From the NCBI RefSeq assembly GCF_052425735.1, contig NC_135771.1, positions 930,001 to 994,000 of the forward strand: DNA of 64,000 nt. The letters are read 5' to 3'. The DNA comes from Oculina patagonica (taxonomy: Eukaryota). Position 1 is the first letter of the stretch. Each line of letters begins with the position of its first letter. Shown piece by piece: positions 13,432-23,851 of this stretch. The notes under the pieces are model-generated. The model was not told the DNA's origin. It searched no databases and saw nothing but the letters and a program-made list of their open reading frames with translations. The position numbers and the translations under genes were made by a program.

Positions 13432-14366
13432 TGTAAATAATAAAGATGGTAGATTTTAAGCTCGGTGATAAATAGTGAAGAATATTATTCTACATGACAC
13501 GAGCGTGGGACAAAGAAAAAATCTGAGTCCCCGACGGGAATCGAACCCATGGCCTCCCAGATACCGGTTGGGCGCTCTAACCAACTGAGCTACGTGAGAC
13601 TCGCTGTGAGCTGGGCCATTTACTAGGTTGATATGTGACACGCGTCCTGCATACTGCTAGGATCAGCAATGTCGAAATCATCAAATTTGTTGTAAATAAT
13701 AAAGATGGTAGATTTTAAGCTCGGTGATAAATAGTGAAGAATATTATTTCACATGACACGAGCATGGGACAAAGAAAAAATCTGAGTCCCCGACGGGAAT
13801 CGAACCCATGGCCTCCCAGATACCGGTTGGGCGCTCTAACCAACTGAGCTACGTGAGACTCGCTGTGAGCTGGGCCATTTACTAGGTTGATATGTGACAC
13901 GCGTCCTGCATACTGCTAGGATCAGCAATGTCGAAATCATCAAATTTGTTGTAAATAATAAAGATGGTAGATTTTAAGCTCGGTGATAAATAGTGAAGAA
14001 TATTATTCCACATGACACGAGCATGGGACAAAGACAAAATCTGAGTCCCCGACGGGAATCGAACCCATGGCCTCCCAGATACCGGTTGGGCGCTCTAACC
14101 AACTGAGCTACGTGAGACTCGCTGTGAGCTGGGCCATTTACTAGGTTGATATGTGACACGCGTCCTGCATACTGCTAGGATCAGCAATGTCGAAATCATC
14201 AAATTTGTTGTAAATAATAAAGATGGTAGATTTTAAGCTCGGTGATAAATAGTGAAGAATATTATTGTACATGACACGAGCGTGGGACAAAGACAAAATC
14301 TGAGTCCCCGACGGGAATCGAACCCATGGCCTCCCAGATACCGGTTGGGCGCTCTAACCAACTGAG
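13432..14366 (-). repeat. Tandem array of ~3.6 x 259-bp tRNA-derived (SINE-like) units
   Basis: Near-identical units with period 259. Each has a minus-strand tRNA-like core (13525-13602) with A box TAGCTCAGTTGG and B box GGTTCGATTCC. Confidence 0.9.
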
Positions 14367-14615
14367 TGTCAATATATAACCATGTGATCTAAAAACTTGA
14401 GAGCAATTGCCACATTGATATTGATGTTGAAAATTTTATTGATATTGATATCGATCGTTGTCAAATAAAAAAGTTCTTACTTGCGTTTCAGCAACCGTGC
14501 AATCTTTTGGCAGAAGCTTTTATGTTTATGAGCTAAATAAATTGGAGGCATTTTTAACGAAACGGCTTTTAATACATGACGTTTAAACGTTTGCGTGAAT
14601 GTAGTATAACCATTA

Positions 14616-14855
14616 AGCGGCCTTCACACGACAAACTATTGGCCAACTCGTGTTGGCAAACTCGAGTTGGTGTGTGTGAACGACGCAGCAACGGCAAACA
14701 CGTTGGCAAACTGTTGGCGACAAAACAGAACTTGTCTCTATTCTGACCATCAGTTTGCCAACTTTTTTGCCGACTGTTGTTGTGTCGTTCACATACACCA
14801 ACTTGAGTTTGCCAACATGAGTTTGCCAATTTTAGTTTGTCGTGTGAAGGCCGCT
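14616..14855. mobile_element. MITE, PIF/Harbinger-like (TTA target duplication)
   Basis: TIR AGCGGCCTTCACACGACAAACT / AGTTTGTCGTGTGAAGGCCGCT; the empty site CATTAGATAA is visible in copy 1 (~5391). Confidence 0.9.
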
Positions 14856-15748
14856 TTAGATAAGACGTAGATAAAAACAAATGGAAAATTATTAATTTTA
14901 ATTTTAAGTTTTTTTAATTATGTATTAATCAGATACGACACGCAACGACGTTTATATAAAATGCAATCGACTCACAATCTTAATTCTTACTTGCCCCCAG
15001 TCGTCTTTAATTTTGTGAGCAAATTGTAAGATGCGGACCCCTACTTCTTAAAATTTTCTTCCAAGGGACGATTGGTTATCCGAACAAGTCATCTGACTAG
15101 CAATTAACGCTCAGAAAGTAGGTAAATAGTTAAGTAAATACTATCAGAAACATCACGAACATCAGACTTCGTGCTCCGAAGAACGTGTCACAGCTATCAA
15201 ATGTGGCGGCTTTATTGATGGCTTCGACGGAAATCAAATTTAAGACAAACAGGTCACAATAAGAAGCAATATATTTTGTTTTATAATTGACACTCTACGA
15301 TCACCGTAGGAAATGAAACTCATAAAAATTTGAAAAAATATATTTTTTGTAGGTAAATAAAAAGGAGGTAAATATGCCTAAAAGGAGAAAACTTTTGATG
15401 CGTGCAGGAGTAATCCATTAAAACAAGTGACTGATTTTCACAGTAAAATCCACAACAATGGCGGGCAATGTATAATAGATGACATGAACTATAAATTTAT
15501 ATCAATAATTCAACTGATGTTTTACGTGGGTAAATAATAAACGCTTTATCGGAGACTTTCTAAAGAGCAATACCTGATGGGATATATTGTAAACAACTGA
15601 AAATAACATTGGCAACAGGCGCAAACAAGCAGAATCACCTGTGCACCATTACCCTAGCGGTTTGATGCAGAGCCACCAGGCTTGGGAAAAATCCCATTTT
15701 TTACTCTGGAAAGACAACGTGTAAAGGAGCTTTTTTGAATGCACTAAA

Positions 15749-18700
15749 ATGACTGTTGGTCTCAGAGTTGTATTTGGTGTGATAGGATCACTTGCCATCA
15801 TCAACAACACCCTTTTGCTGGTAGTTATTATCCAGAACAGGTCTATGCTGAAGACGCCATACAACACATTGGTGTTAAGCTTGGCCATCACTGACTTAAT
15901 TTCAGGTTGGTGCAAGGGTTTGCTTTCATCTCTGTATGAACAAACAACATCCGTAAGACATTAGCGGTTCTGTAAAAGTTGTGCTGATCTGATCAGCAAA
16001 CTGCTCAGGTTTTTAGATACGTTTTACAATAAGAAACGAGGAGATGCAATGCGACTCCATGTTTGATCACAGTTTTAGCTATAAATGCATAGTTTCTAGA
16101 AGAGCGTCCCAATTTTATAAAAAAACGAGCGACAAATACAAGGCTTTTGACAGCAGTATTAGAAAAGAAAAGTAAATGTTTGTTTACATTTGTGATCAAA
16201 ACAATTTTTTATTTCTCTAAAAACCCTTCTTTTTCAAGCTTTTTATTTAAGATCGTACTTCGTTTATCTTTTAAAGAAACCTTTATTTAATACGCTCATA
16301 TCAAAGTTCTGAGTTGCTACTTCAACTCTTACCGAAATTTCTTTTCGATTCCTAAATCGCATCAATTATTAACGACTGGTGGAGTATCATCGGCTATTCT
16401 GTTCTTTTTTTCCATACTTTTGAGCAGAGAAGGGTGCGTATTTCCGATTCTGAATTTATAAAAATGAAAGAAGAAATAGAATGGAAACTAAAGAAAGAAA
16501 AAAACCCAAGCACAAAAAACACTGAATAATAACTATTTACCTTTAATTTTTGTCTGTTGATTTTATCGTATTGGAGAGTGAAGGTAGAGCAGACAGTTAA
16601 GATTGACATTTGCCAAATGGCAAACATATCAGAATGCAAAGTGCATGTCTTATTCGGAACGGACGCGTTTGATAGGCAATGTTGAACATGTTAAGCAAAC
16701 TTGTCAATTTTTTTAACAGAAAGCTTTTTTCAACTCATTATTTTATGTGAAAATATTGAAGGACCGCAGCCAGGATACAACATATTATAAAATTTAAAAC
16801 GATCTCTGGCTTAAAAACTTTAAAAATGCAAGCTTTCGGCTGTTTGAACTACAGCCTTCGACGGGTAAAATGTAAAAAGGTAAAAATATGCAATGTGTGA
16901 AGCTGCGAAATAAAAATGCTAATAACTAAGAATATTTGTGAAAAAGAATGTTGTACTGTCCAGGTAGAGGACAGGAATTGTTATCCGCATTGGGAGTTAG
17001 CTTCGAATGCCACGCTTCCAATAAAACGCTTCCTTGTTCCTTCCTTGTTCACGCTTCCTTGTTCTTTATGGTACAGCATGGATTTAAAATTAAGCCAAAG
17101 AACACCTTGTCCTTAACTGTTTCTTTTTTCTCTTCTTTAAAACTGAAAACTTTTAAATGTCTATTTTACACTCCGCGGGACTATTTTCGCACGTTTCGTC
17201 TTTAGCGATTCAGTGGAATTCAGCGGAACTTCAAAATGTGTTTTCGATGTGTGGTGTTGTTAGAAAAGCTTTCTTTCGATAAGATATTTGAAGCAGTAAC
17301 ACAAAAGCTTGCAATCAGGTGTAAATAGTTTTGGTACATAATTTTGTCCAATAACTACTCGAAGTCCTGGCGGATTTCCTCTTAAAGCTATTTAGCAACA
17401 CTGTGGGTGTGCCAAGTACATGATATAAATGTTTTATTAATCTGTTAAGTTCACGTGAGACATAAAAATTACGCAAAATTTAATTCCTCCAGCTTTGCAG
17501 ATGCCACGATCTCCAAGGATTTTTATATTTCCATAAATACGCTATTATTTGAAGTTTTAAGATATAGAACATGGCGCGTGACATAATTGAGGGGAATTCG
17601 AAAGTTTCTATTCGTGATTGCCTCTGGCCTCGTTAACTAAAAGCGCACGTCCGTTTTCAACGTCATGATAATCGCCACGTTAACAACGTCTGATGTAAAT
17701 CGAATACCTTAAGGTTACTATTGTTAGCGGCTACTAATTTTAGCGATTTTAGCGAATTGGGCCAAAATCGCTTAATTAAGTACTCGCTAAAATTTGTCTC
17801 GGTCAAATTTAATACACGTTAATTTAATACCCCCTCACGCCAGAGGAACACAAAATTAAATACAGTGGCCCCTTTCAACTATATGACAACGTTTGAAGTT
17901 AGGGCAACAATTACGAAGGGTTGGGAGAAAGCTGGGATCGCCGGCATCGTGGAAAATATGTCCGATTTCTCTGACGAGGACGACTTTCTAACATTTGCAA
18001 TTCACTTTGTTTTTTCCGACAATGGTAATGTTTGTTCAATTTTAAGTGACTTTGTTCTATTACTGAACATTTATTTCCATCTTAGCTATATATTAAAATT
18101 GTTTTTTTTTTCAGTTTTCGGAAAATCGCTTAATTTAATAGTCGCTAAAAATAATAACCTTAAGGTATACGGTGGTAGCGCGCCGTTATATGACCAAGCT
18201 ATTATAAAAACAATTGATAAAAATATAGTAGTGAAACTTCTTTTTAATAATTTTTAAATCTATGTTCTTTTTAATTCAAAGGAATTGGTATTTTAATCAC
18301 CCCTGTGTACGTAATTGGGCCTGACTCAGTCACAGTTCCACCCGGAGATTTTGGTCAGTTTTTCTGCCGAATGATTTTTTCTCAGTACCTCGTGTTTACG
18401 CTGGGTATCGTGTCAGTGTACACAGTCACATGCATGGCAATGGACAGATGGCTCGCTGTAGCTCGCCCGACCAAGTACAAAACAACTTTAACGAAGCCGC
18501 GAGTTAACATTTGTGTGCTGTGCATCTGGGTGCTTTCGATTCTTTTGAACACTCCGCACCTGTTTGAAATGAAAGCTACAACTGGCCCAGATAACAAAGC
18601 GCAGTGTGAGTGGGTTGTTCTCACCCAGGGAACAACAAGAAGAGTTGTTGCTATTTTGGAATTTTGTGGAAAGTTTTTCCTTCCCCTTCTCACGACTACG

Positions 18701-19129
18701 GTTACCATGGTGAGTCTCAACAATCACGTCAAGTCGTCACCAGCCCTCTTTCAAACGAATAGAGGCAAGGCAGGGCTGCGTTTACTGCGCATGTGCATGT
18801 TAACAGCGATCGTGCTTGGAGTGTGTTGGTTTCCTAACCAATTGTATTATATGTTGTTTAAGTATGACATCACTCAACTGGACACGCCCATGCACCATTT
18901 CACTGTGGTGCTGTGCATGTTTAACTCGTGCGTCAATCCTTTGATTTACTGCATCAGTAACAAGACATACCGAAGGCACTTTTCACTTGTCTTGTGTCCA
19001 TGGTACAGGGTAAGGATTGTGGCAATGGAGCAGACTGGAAGTGATCCTGGAAGCGTGGCAAACGAACTAAGAATCTCTAAGGTGAATGGACCGGCTGCAA
19101 AAAGCGTTACAAATATCACAAATGCTTAA
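15749..19129 (+). CDS. Rhodopsin-like GPCR 2, recent duplicate of GPCR 1, 334 aa; exons 15749-15905, 18282-19129
   Basis: Same structure and motifs as GPCR 1; roughly 95% amino-acid identity by eye. Confidence 0.9.
16748..17064. mobile_element. 317-bp insertion with a 6-bp target duplication (TTTATG); possible Penelope-like retroelement remnant
   Basis: Absent from copy 1 (~7750). Ends in tandem CTTCCTTGTTC repeats and carries a degenerate hammerhead-like motif on the minus strand. Confidence 0.55.
17707..18165. mobile_element. MITE or internally deleted pogo-like element, TA target duplication
   Basis: TIR CCTTAAGGTTA / TAACCTTAAGG flanked by TA. Internal ITKGWEKAGI resembles a pogo/Tigger transposase C-terminus. 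Sister copy at 61597-62018. Confidence 0.8.
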
Positions 19130-20589
19130 GTTATCGACATCGATGGACAACAAGACATGACTTTCCAAGAAACAAAAATGGTTATTTTGAAAGTAGTGAG
19201 AAACTTTAACTAGCATTTTGTTTGTCAAGTGAGTGGTATATTGAATAGGAGTTCATCAATGTCTGTGACAGTTTTCTTTTTTTTTTCCTGTACGCAATGG
19301 CTTTTTCTTTACATGACAAAATGGGAAGGTATGAAAACGCTGATACATTGTTATGGTAGACGCTATTAAAAGTTCCAGTCCAAAACTTACAATTTTTATG
19401 TATTTATAAGAGAAACGCTCGTTCGATCGTGTTCTATCAACGAACACAAAGCAATGGAAGAACCGTTGAGATTCGCGAGTTTCCAGTAGATAACTCTAAT
19501 GTTATCATGGTTATACTATTTAGAATTCGAAATATTTATGCTAGTAAGAAATAAAACATTTTATCTCTAATTTCTCTCCGAAAGCTTTATACATAATAAA
19601 TGAAATGAAAAAAAATTTTAACTTAGCTGAGAAACCAGTCATGATACACGATTAAATTCTCCCAAGCAGTACCAAGAGACATTATTGAGATCTAAAAGGA
19701 GAATTTGTTAATTGATGTCATTGTTTAAAAGGTTCACATACTGAGTTATCCTTCGGGTCATTCACTGAGTTATTTATAGCTTTGGGCGTAGTCGAATGTT
19801 TGCAGAAACCGACAAAATCGATTATTGTAAATAAAATGTTCTGTATGAAGTATGTTTAGGATGGAACTGTATGTGGAGTGCACGTGTTTTCACCAATATT
19901 ATTTTATAAATATCAGTGTCAAAACAGTTGTATTTACTGTAAAATCAGGTATGTGCCGCTGTGGAGGGTATGGTTTTCAAGCAGTTTAGGTTGGGATAGG
20001 GTATAGAAATCAGCGAATTTTGGTCTAGAAAAGGGTATCATTTGCCGGAAAACTGATCAGTAGTATGAGGAATTAAGTCCAGAATAGAAATAGAAACTCG
20101 GAAGAGAAAAAGGCCTTTTTAAACGTAAATAAAATCATCGTGGCAACGTTGTTGACAGATGGTTTTTCATTGAAAACACAAATATTGATACAGTTCTGAA
20201 AACGGCAAGTCTGGGATAGAGTAGCGATTTTCGGGGTTTTGTCCAGTAAAGGGTTGCGAAATCAGCTGAACAGGGTCTAGTATAGGGTAAGGGTTTCAGA
20301 GTTTCCCAGTGGCACACCCCCACCCAGAAATATATAGAGTACCCCCGGGAAAATCAGCGGTTCATTATAGAGAAAACATCAAGCTTCTCCTTGAATATGC
20401 ATGAAAACACAGTGATTACAGATAAACTATTATTCCTAAGCTATATATTCTGACAAAATAAAATAAACTATAACGCAGATCATTGTAGTCTTTATTTGAT
20501 GTAGAATTTAGATCAGTTGCAAACGTATTCAAATATTTCACAAGTTGGTATGACGTCTCTGACTAAGCTGAGTCAGTATTGATTATTAA

Positions 20590-20780
20590 TGTTCTGCCAG
20601 ATTCTGTTTTATGGCAGTGGTTGTCCTGTTCGTTCAAACTCTCTCTGATCATCTATGTTTATCTATGATTATTGATTATCTGATTATCTATGTTTATCTA
20701 TGATTGTTGATTATCTGATTATCTATGTTCTGCCAGATTCTGTTTTATGGCAGTGGTTGTCCTGTTCGTTTAAACTCTCT
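20590..20780. repeat. Compound minisatellite in the 3' end of the small secreted gene (copy 2)
   Basis: Same units as 11281-11612, fewer copies. Confidence 0.8.
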
Positions 20781-22705
20781 CTTTAGTTCCTCCCATTGCT
20801 CCGCAGTCATCATTATGTCACCTTCAAATGCGTCAAGACCATTTCCTACAATAAATTTTATTATTTAAAGGGAATTATTAGAAGATTATGTAGCGCTAAG
20901 TTCACATCCCTTGAAATTATTTCGCCCTCCCTTATAAAATACATTGTTATTCTCTTTTTGTTTTCGAGTAAAGAATTCGAACAAAAGGTATAGGAATCAT
21001 TTTCTAGTATTTGCTTATTGGATCTAGATCTCAAAGTACAAAAAGATCATTTAGGTAATATCCTTTATATTCCACCCTATCGTCAACTCCTTTCGTTTAC
21101 TGATTTTGCGTGATGTCTTATAACTTAAAGCTAAGCCATGCTATGGATTATTGCTTGTCACGAGTATACTGTGCAACTGATGTTATAAAGAAAACTTATG
21201 CTATAAGAAAGTGTTCCTAAAATATAGTCAGATCCTGTATTTTAGAAAACCTCTCGTATGTTAGGACCTAAGGGTAGATTGCATCAATTGAGGTCCGTTG
21301 TAACCTTTCACTTTTTTTCAGGTTAATGCCTGACAAGGGAGGCTTCAAGCAACAATATCTAAGTTGTCCCTTTATAAGGGTTAATGGCACCTAAAGTTGT
21401 TGCTTTTTTTAGCTAGTTCACGAATCAGGGGCACCCAACAGACCGTTTCGGTGAATATTTCAGTGTTCGAAAGACCAATAATCGCCTACGATTTTTGTAT
21501 TAAAGTGTGATGAAAAACTGAAGATTTCTTTAGCTCAAACTTTCGTGACATGGGCAAAGTAACGCCTGTTGTTTTCGGAGATAGAAAAATGTCGTTTTGG
21601 GTACAAAAAACGGTCAGCTACGATTTTCGAGAAGGTAACAATGGCGCGTAAATTCGGTTAATTATATTTCGTTCCCTAAATTTTTTGAAGTTTGAAGGTT
21701 AAGCTAGCGTATCCGAAAGGTTACGCTTTTCTTAGAATTTGAAAAGAAGTCTTTAAACTGCACAAATAGGACAAGTAAAAACGGTATTCCGACACCTATA
21801 GTAAAAATGTCTCGTTGGGTGTCCCTGACAAATTGGAGATTAAGAACTTTACTTACTCTGGTTAACTTTAACTTCATCGAGCTCCTCATCCTCTTGTAGG
21901 TCTCCTTCTGTTAGAGGAAGGCCTTCCTCGTGTTGATCATCTTGTGAAGAAGGAAATCACATCAATTGCCTGTCAGCACTTTAACTCTAATTCTATTTCG
22001 TTCTTTGTTTGTGTAAGATATTCTGAATTACTTGAATAGCGAAAACTGCACTGTAAACAGTTCCCAAGCTCCAGAAGAAAGTATTTAGCTATCGAGGAGA
22101 AAAAATAAAAATATTTATTCCACGCTTTGGGAAGTTTGGGAAGCAAAAGAAATAGTAATCACAATGTTGATGACCTAGCATCAGTCTAGCTATCTAGTCA
22201 GTAGGCAGAATTAAGGGTGGAGGTGAAAAAGAATAATCTTAGAAAACATTTCAAATTTCTAAAAGGAGCGTATTAAGTATGTTTGATTAATATTCAGTGC
22301 AATGCATTTATCTGACATTGAGCTAGCTGGTTGGCTGACGAGAAATGGACACATAACGAAAGCTTTAAGATATAAAAAACCCAAGCGTTCGGTAGATATT
22401 ATTTTAAAGCACTAAATGTGTAAGGCATTCTTTTTATTTATTCCGAGGTCATTTCGTCATTGAACGTGCTTTGAAGTGAATAAATTTTCATCTGAAACTT
22501 TATAGCTAAGCTAACGTCGGAGACATTTAATTTTTTTGAACAAACATAAATTTTGTCTACCCGTCATCATGCATATTTATTGTTTTTAGTTGATATGACT
22601 CATTTACGGAATTATCACTATACCTTTATCGGGGGGATTGTCTTCTAAGGCAGTGGTCAGTTGAGGAAGCCAGATCAAAAGTAGCAGAATTGGAATAACG
22701 TTCAT
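20745..22705 (-). CDS. Small secreted astacin-propeptide-like protein, 88 aa, no catalytic domain; exons 22705-22624, 21940-21857, 20845-20745
   Basis: GT-AG phase-1 introns give MNVIPILLLLIWLPQLTTALEDNPPDK-D-DQHEEGLPLTEGDLQEDEELDEVKVNQ-R-NGLDAFEGDIMMTAEQWEELKREFKRTGQPLP*. Signal peptide plus FEGDI motif; AATAAA on the minus strand at 20491-20496. Confidence 0.78.
21426..21827. mobile_element. MITE with CAGGG termini (hAT-like termini) in intron 2 of the small gene
   Basis: TIR CAGGGGCACCCAAC / GTTGGGTGTCCCTG; absent from copy 1; target duplication unclear. Confidence 0.7.
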
Positions 22706-23645
22706 GTTTCTGTTAAGATGTTTCCAGAGGATAAGTTCATAAATTTTGAATAACACGTTCGAATGAGGACATTGCGGGTGCACCGATTGAATCAGCTGTT
22801 TTTTTCTGGATACTGTGTTTTGAGCATTAAACCAATCAGTTTTGGAGTCAGTTAAAACAATTTAAATAATAATAATGGGTTTCACCCAGCGTGTTTACTT
22901 AACAAGACCATGAACCATGGCTACACGTTTTGCACAAACACGAAAAGATCAGTAATAAAATAACAATAATTGTTTATGGTGTTCCTAGTACAATGAAATA
23001 ATCTTATACCAGTAATTTCCATTGGGAAAACCATATTGAATGAATATTCTCAGCATTGATCATGTATCTGAGTTTGCTGGGAACGTGTTTTTTGTTTCTT
23101 AGTTTTTCCCCAAGCCATCTGTGTTTGCGTTCTTCTGATCCACAAATTGCGTGTCGTGGGCTTGAAAGTAGCAGGTTTGGAATAACGTTCATGTTTCTGT
23201 AGAGCTTTTTTCATCCAATAATTGCCTTAATTTTAGATACACTTTAGAATGAGGACTTGCCCGGCGCGCCGATTGAGTCAGCTGTATTTTCTAGATTTGT
23301 TTTTCAAGCATTAAGCCAATCAGATTTGGTCTAGTTAAAACAATTTAAATAATAATAATGGTTTAACGCAGCGTGTTTACTTAACAAGATCATGGACCAT
23401 AGCTACGCGTTTTGCACAAACACGAAAAGAGAGGTAATAAAATAACAATTATTGTTTATGTTGTTTCCAATACAACGACGTCAAATATTATACTGGTAAT
23501 TCGTATTGGGAAAACTTTATTCTCAGTATAGATCATGTATCTGGGTTGATTGGGAACCTGTTTTTCATTTTTTTTAGTCTTTCCCCAACCCATCTGTGTT
23601 TGTGTTCTTGTGATAAACAAAGTGCATACCGTGGGCTTGAAAGAT
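22680..23645. repeat. Local tandem duplication of the promoter and start of the small minus-strand gene
   Basis: 22680-22990 recurs at ~23166-23460, including ATGAACGTTATTCC and a CCAATC box; ~22990-23170 recurs at ~23470-23645. Confidence 0.8.
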
Positions 23646-23851
23646 ACCTCGTTCAAATGTCACTGAAATCGAACACATTTCGACCAATCCGCGAGCAGTT
23701 CGTTTTAGGTGTAGATTTGTTCAGCTTTAATTTTTCAGTGACGAGTTATGATTTGATTGGGTGCTGACTGAATTTAACCCAACACCCTGGTAGATGAGCT
23801 GCATTTGAGGTCGATCGTTGTCTGAAGTTAACCTAAGTTCCTACGTTCAAG

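Larger units (their letters stand above)
14365..22980 (+). repeat. Tandem segmental duplication, copy 2
   Basis: Colinear with 5145-13430. Confidence 0.95.

Noticed and set aside
13525-13602. Functional tRNA-Thr(GGU) genes
   Set aside because: C at position 33, an anticodon-stem mismatch, a bulged acceptor stem, an anticodon rare in eukaryotes and embedding in a dispersed repeat all point to a tRNA-derived repeat.
13456-14159. Three 61-aa repeated ORFs
   Set aside because: Chance translation of the tRNA-derived repeat.
21258-21329. Extra minus-strand exon (cag|GCATTAACC) in intron 2 of the propeptide gene
   Set aside because: Frame is not conserved in copy 1, it ends in a stop with no clear donor, and the model is complete without it.
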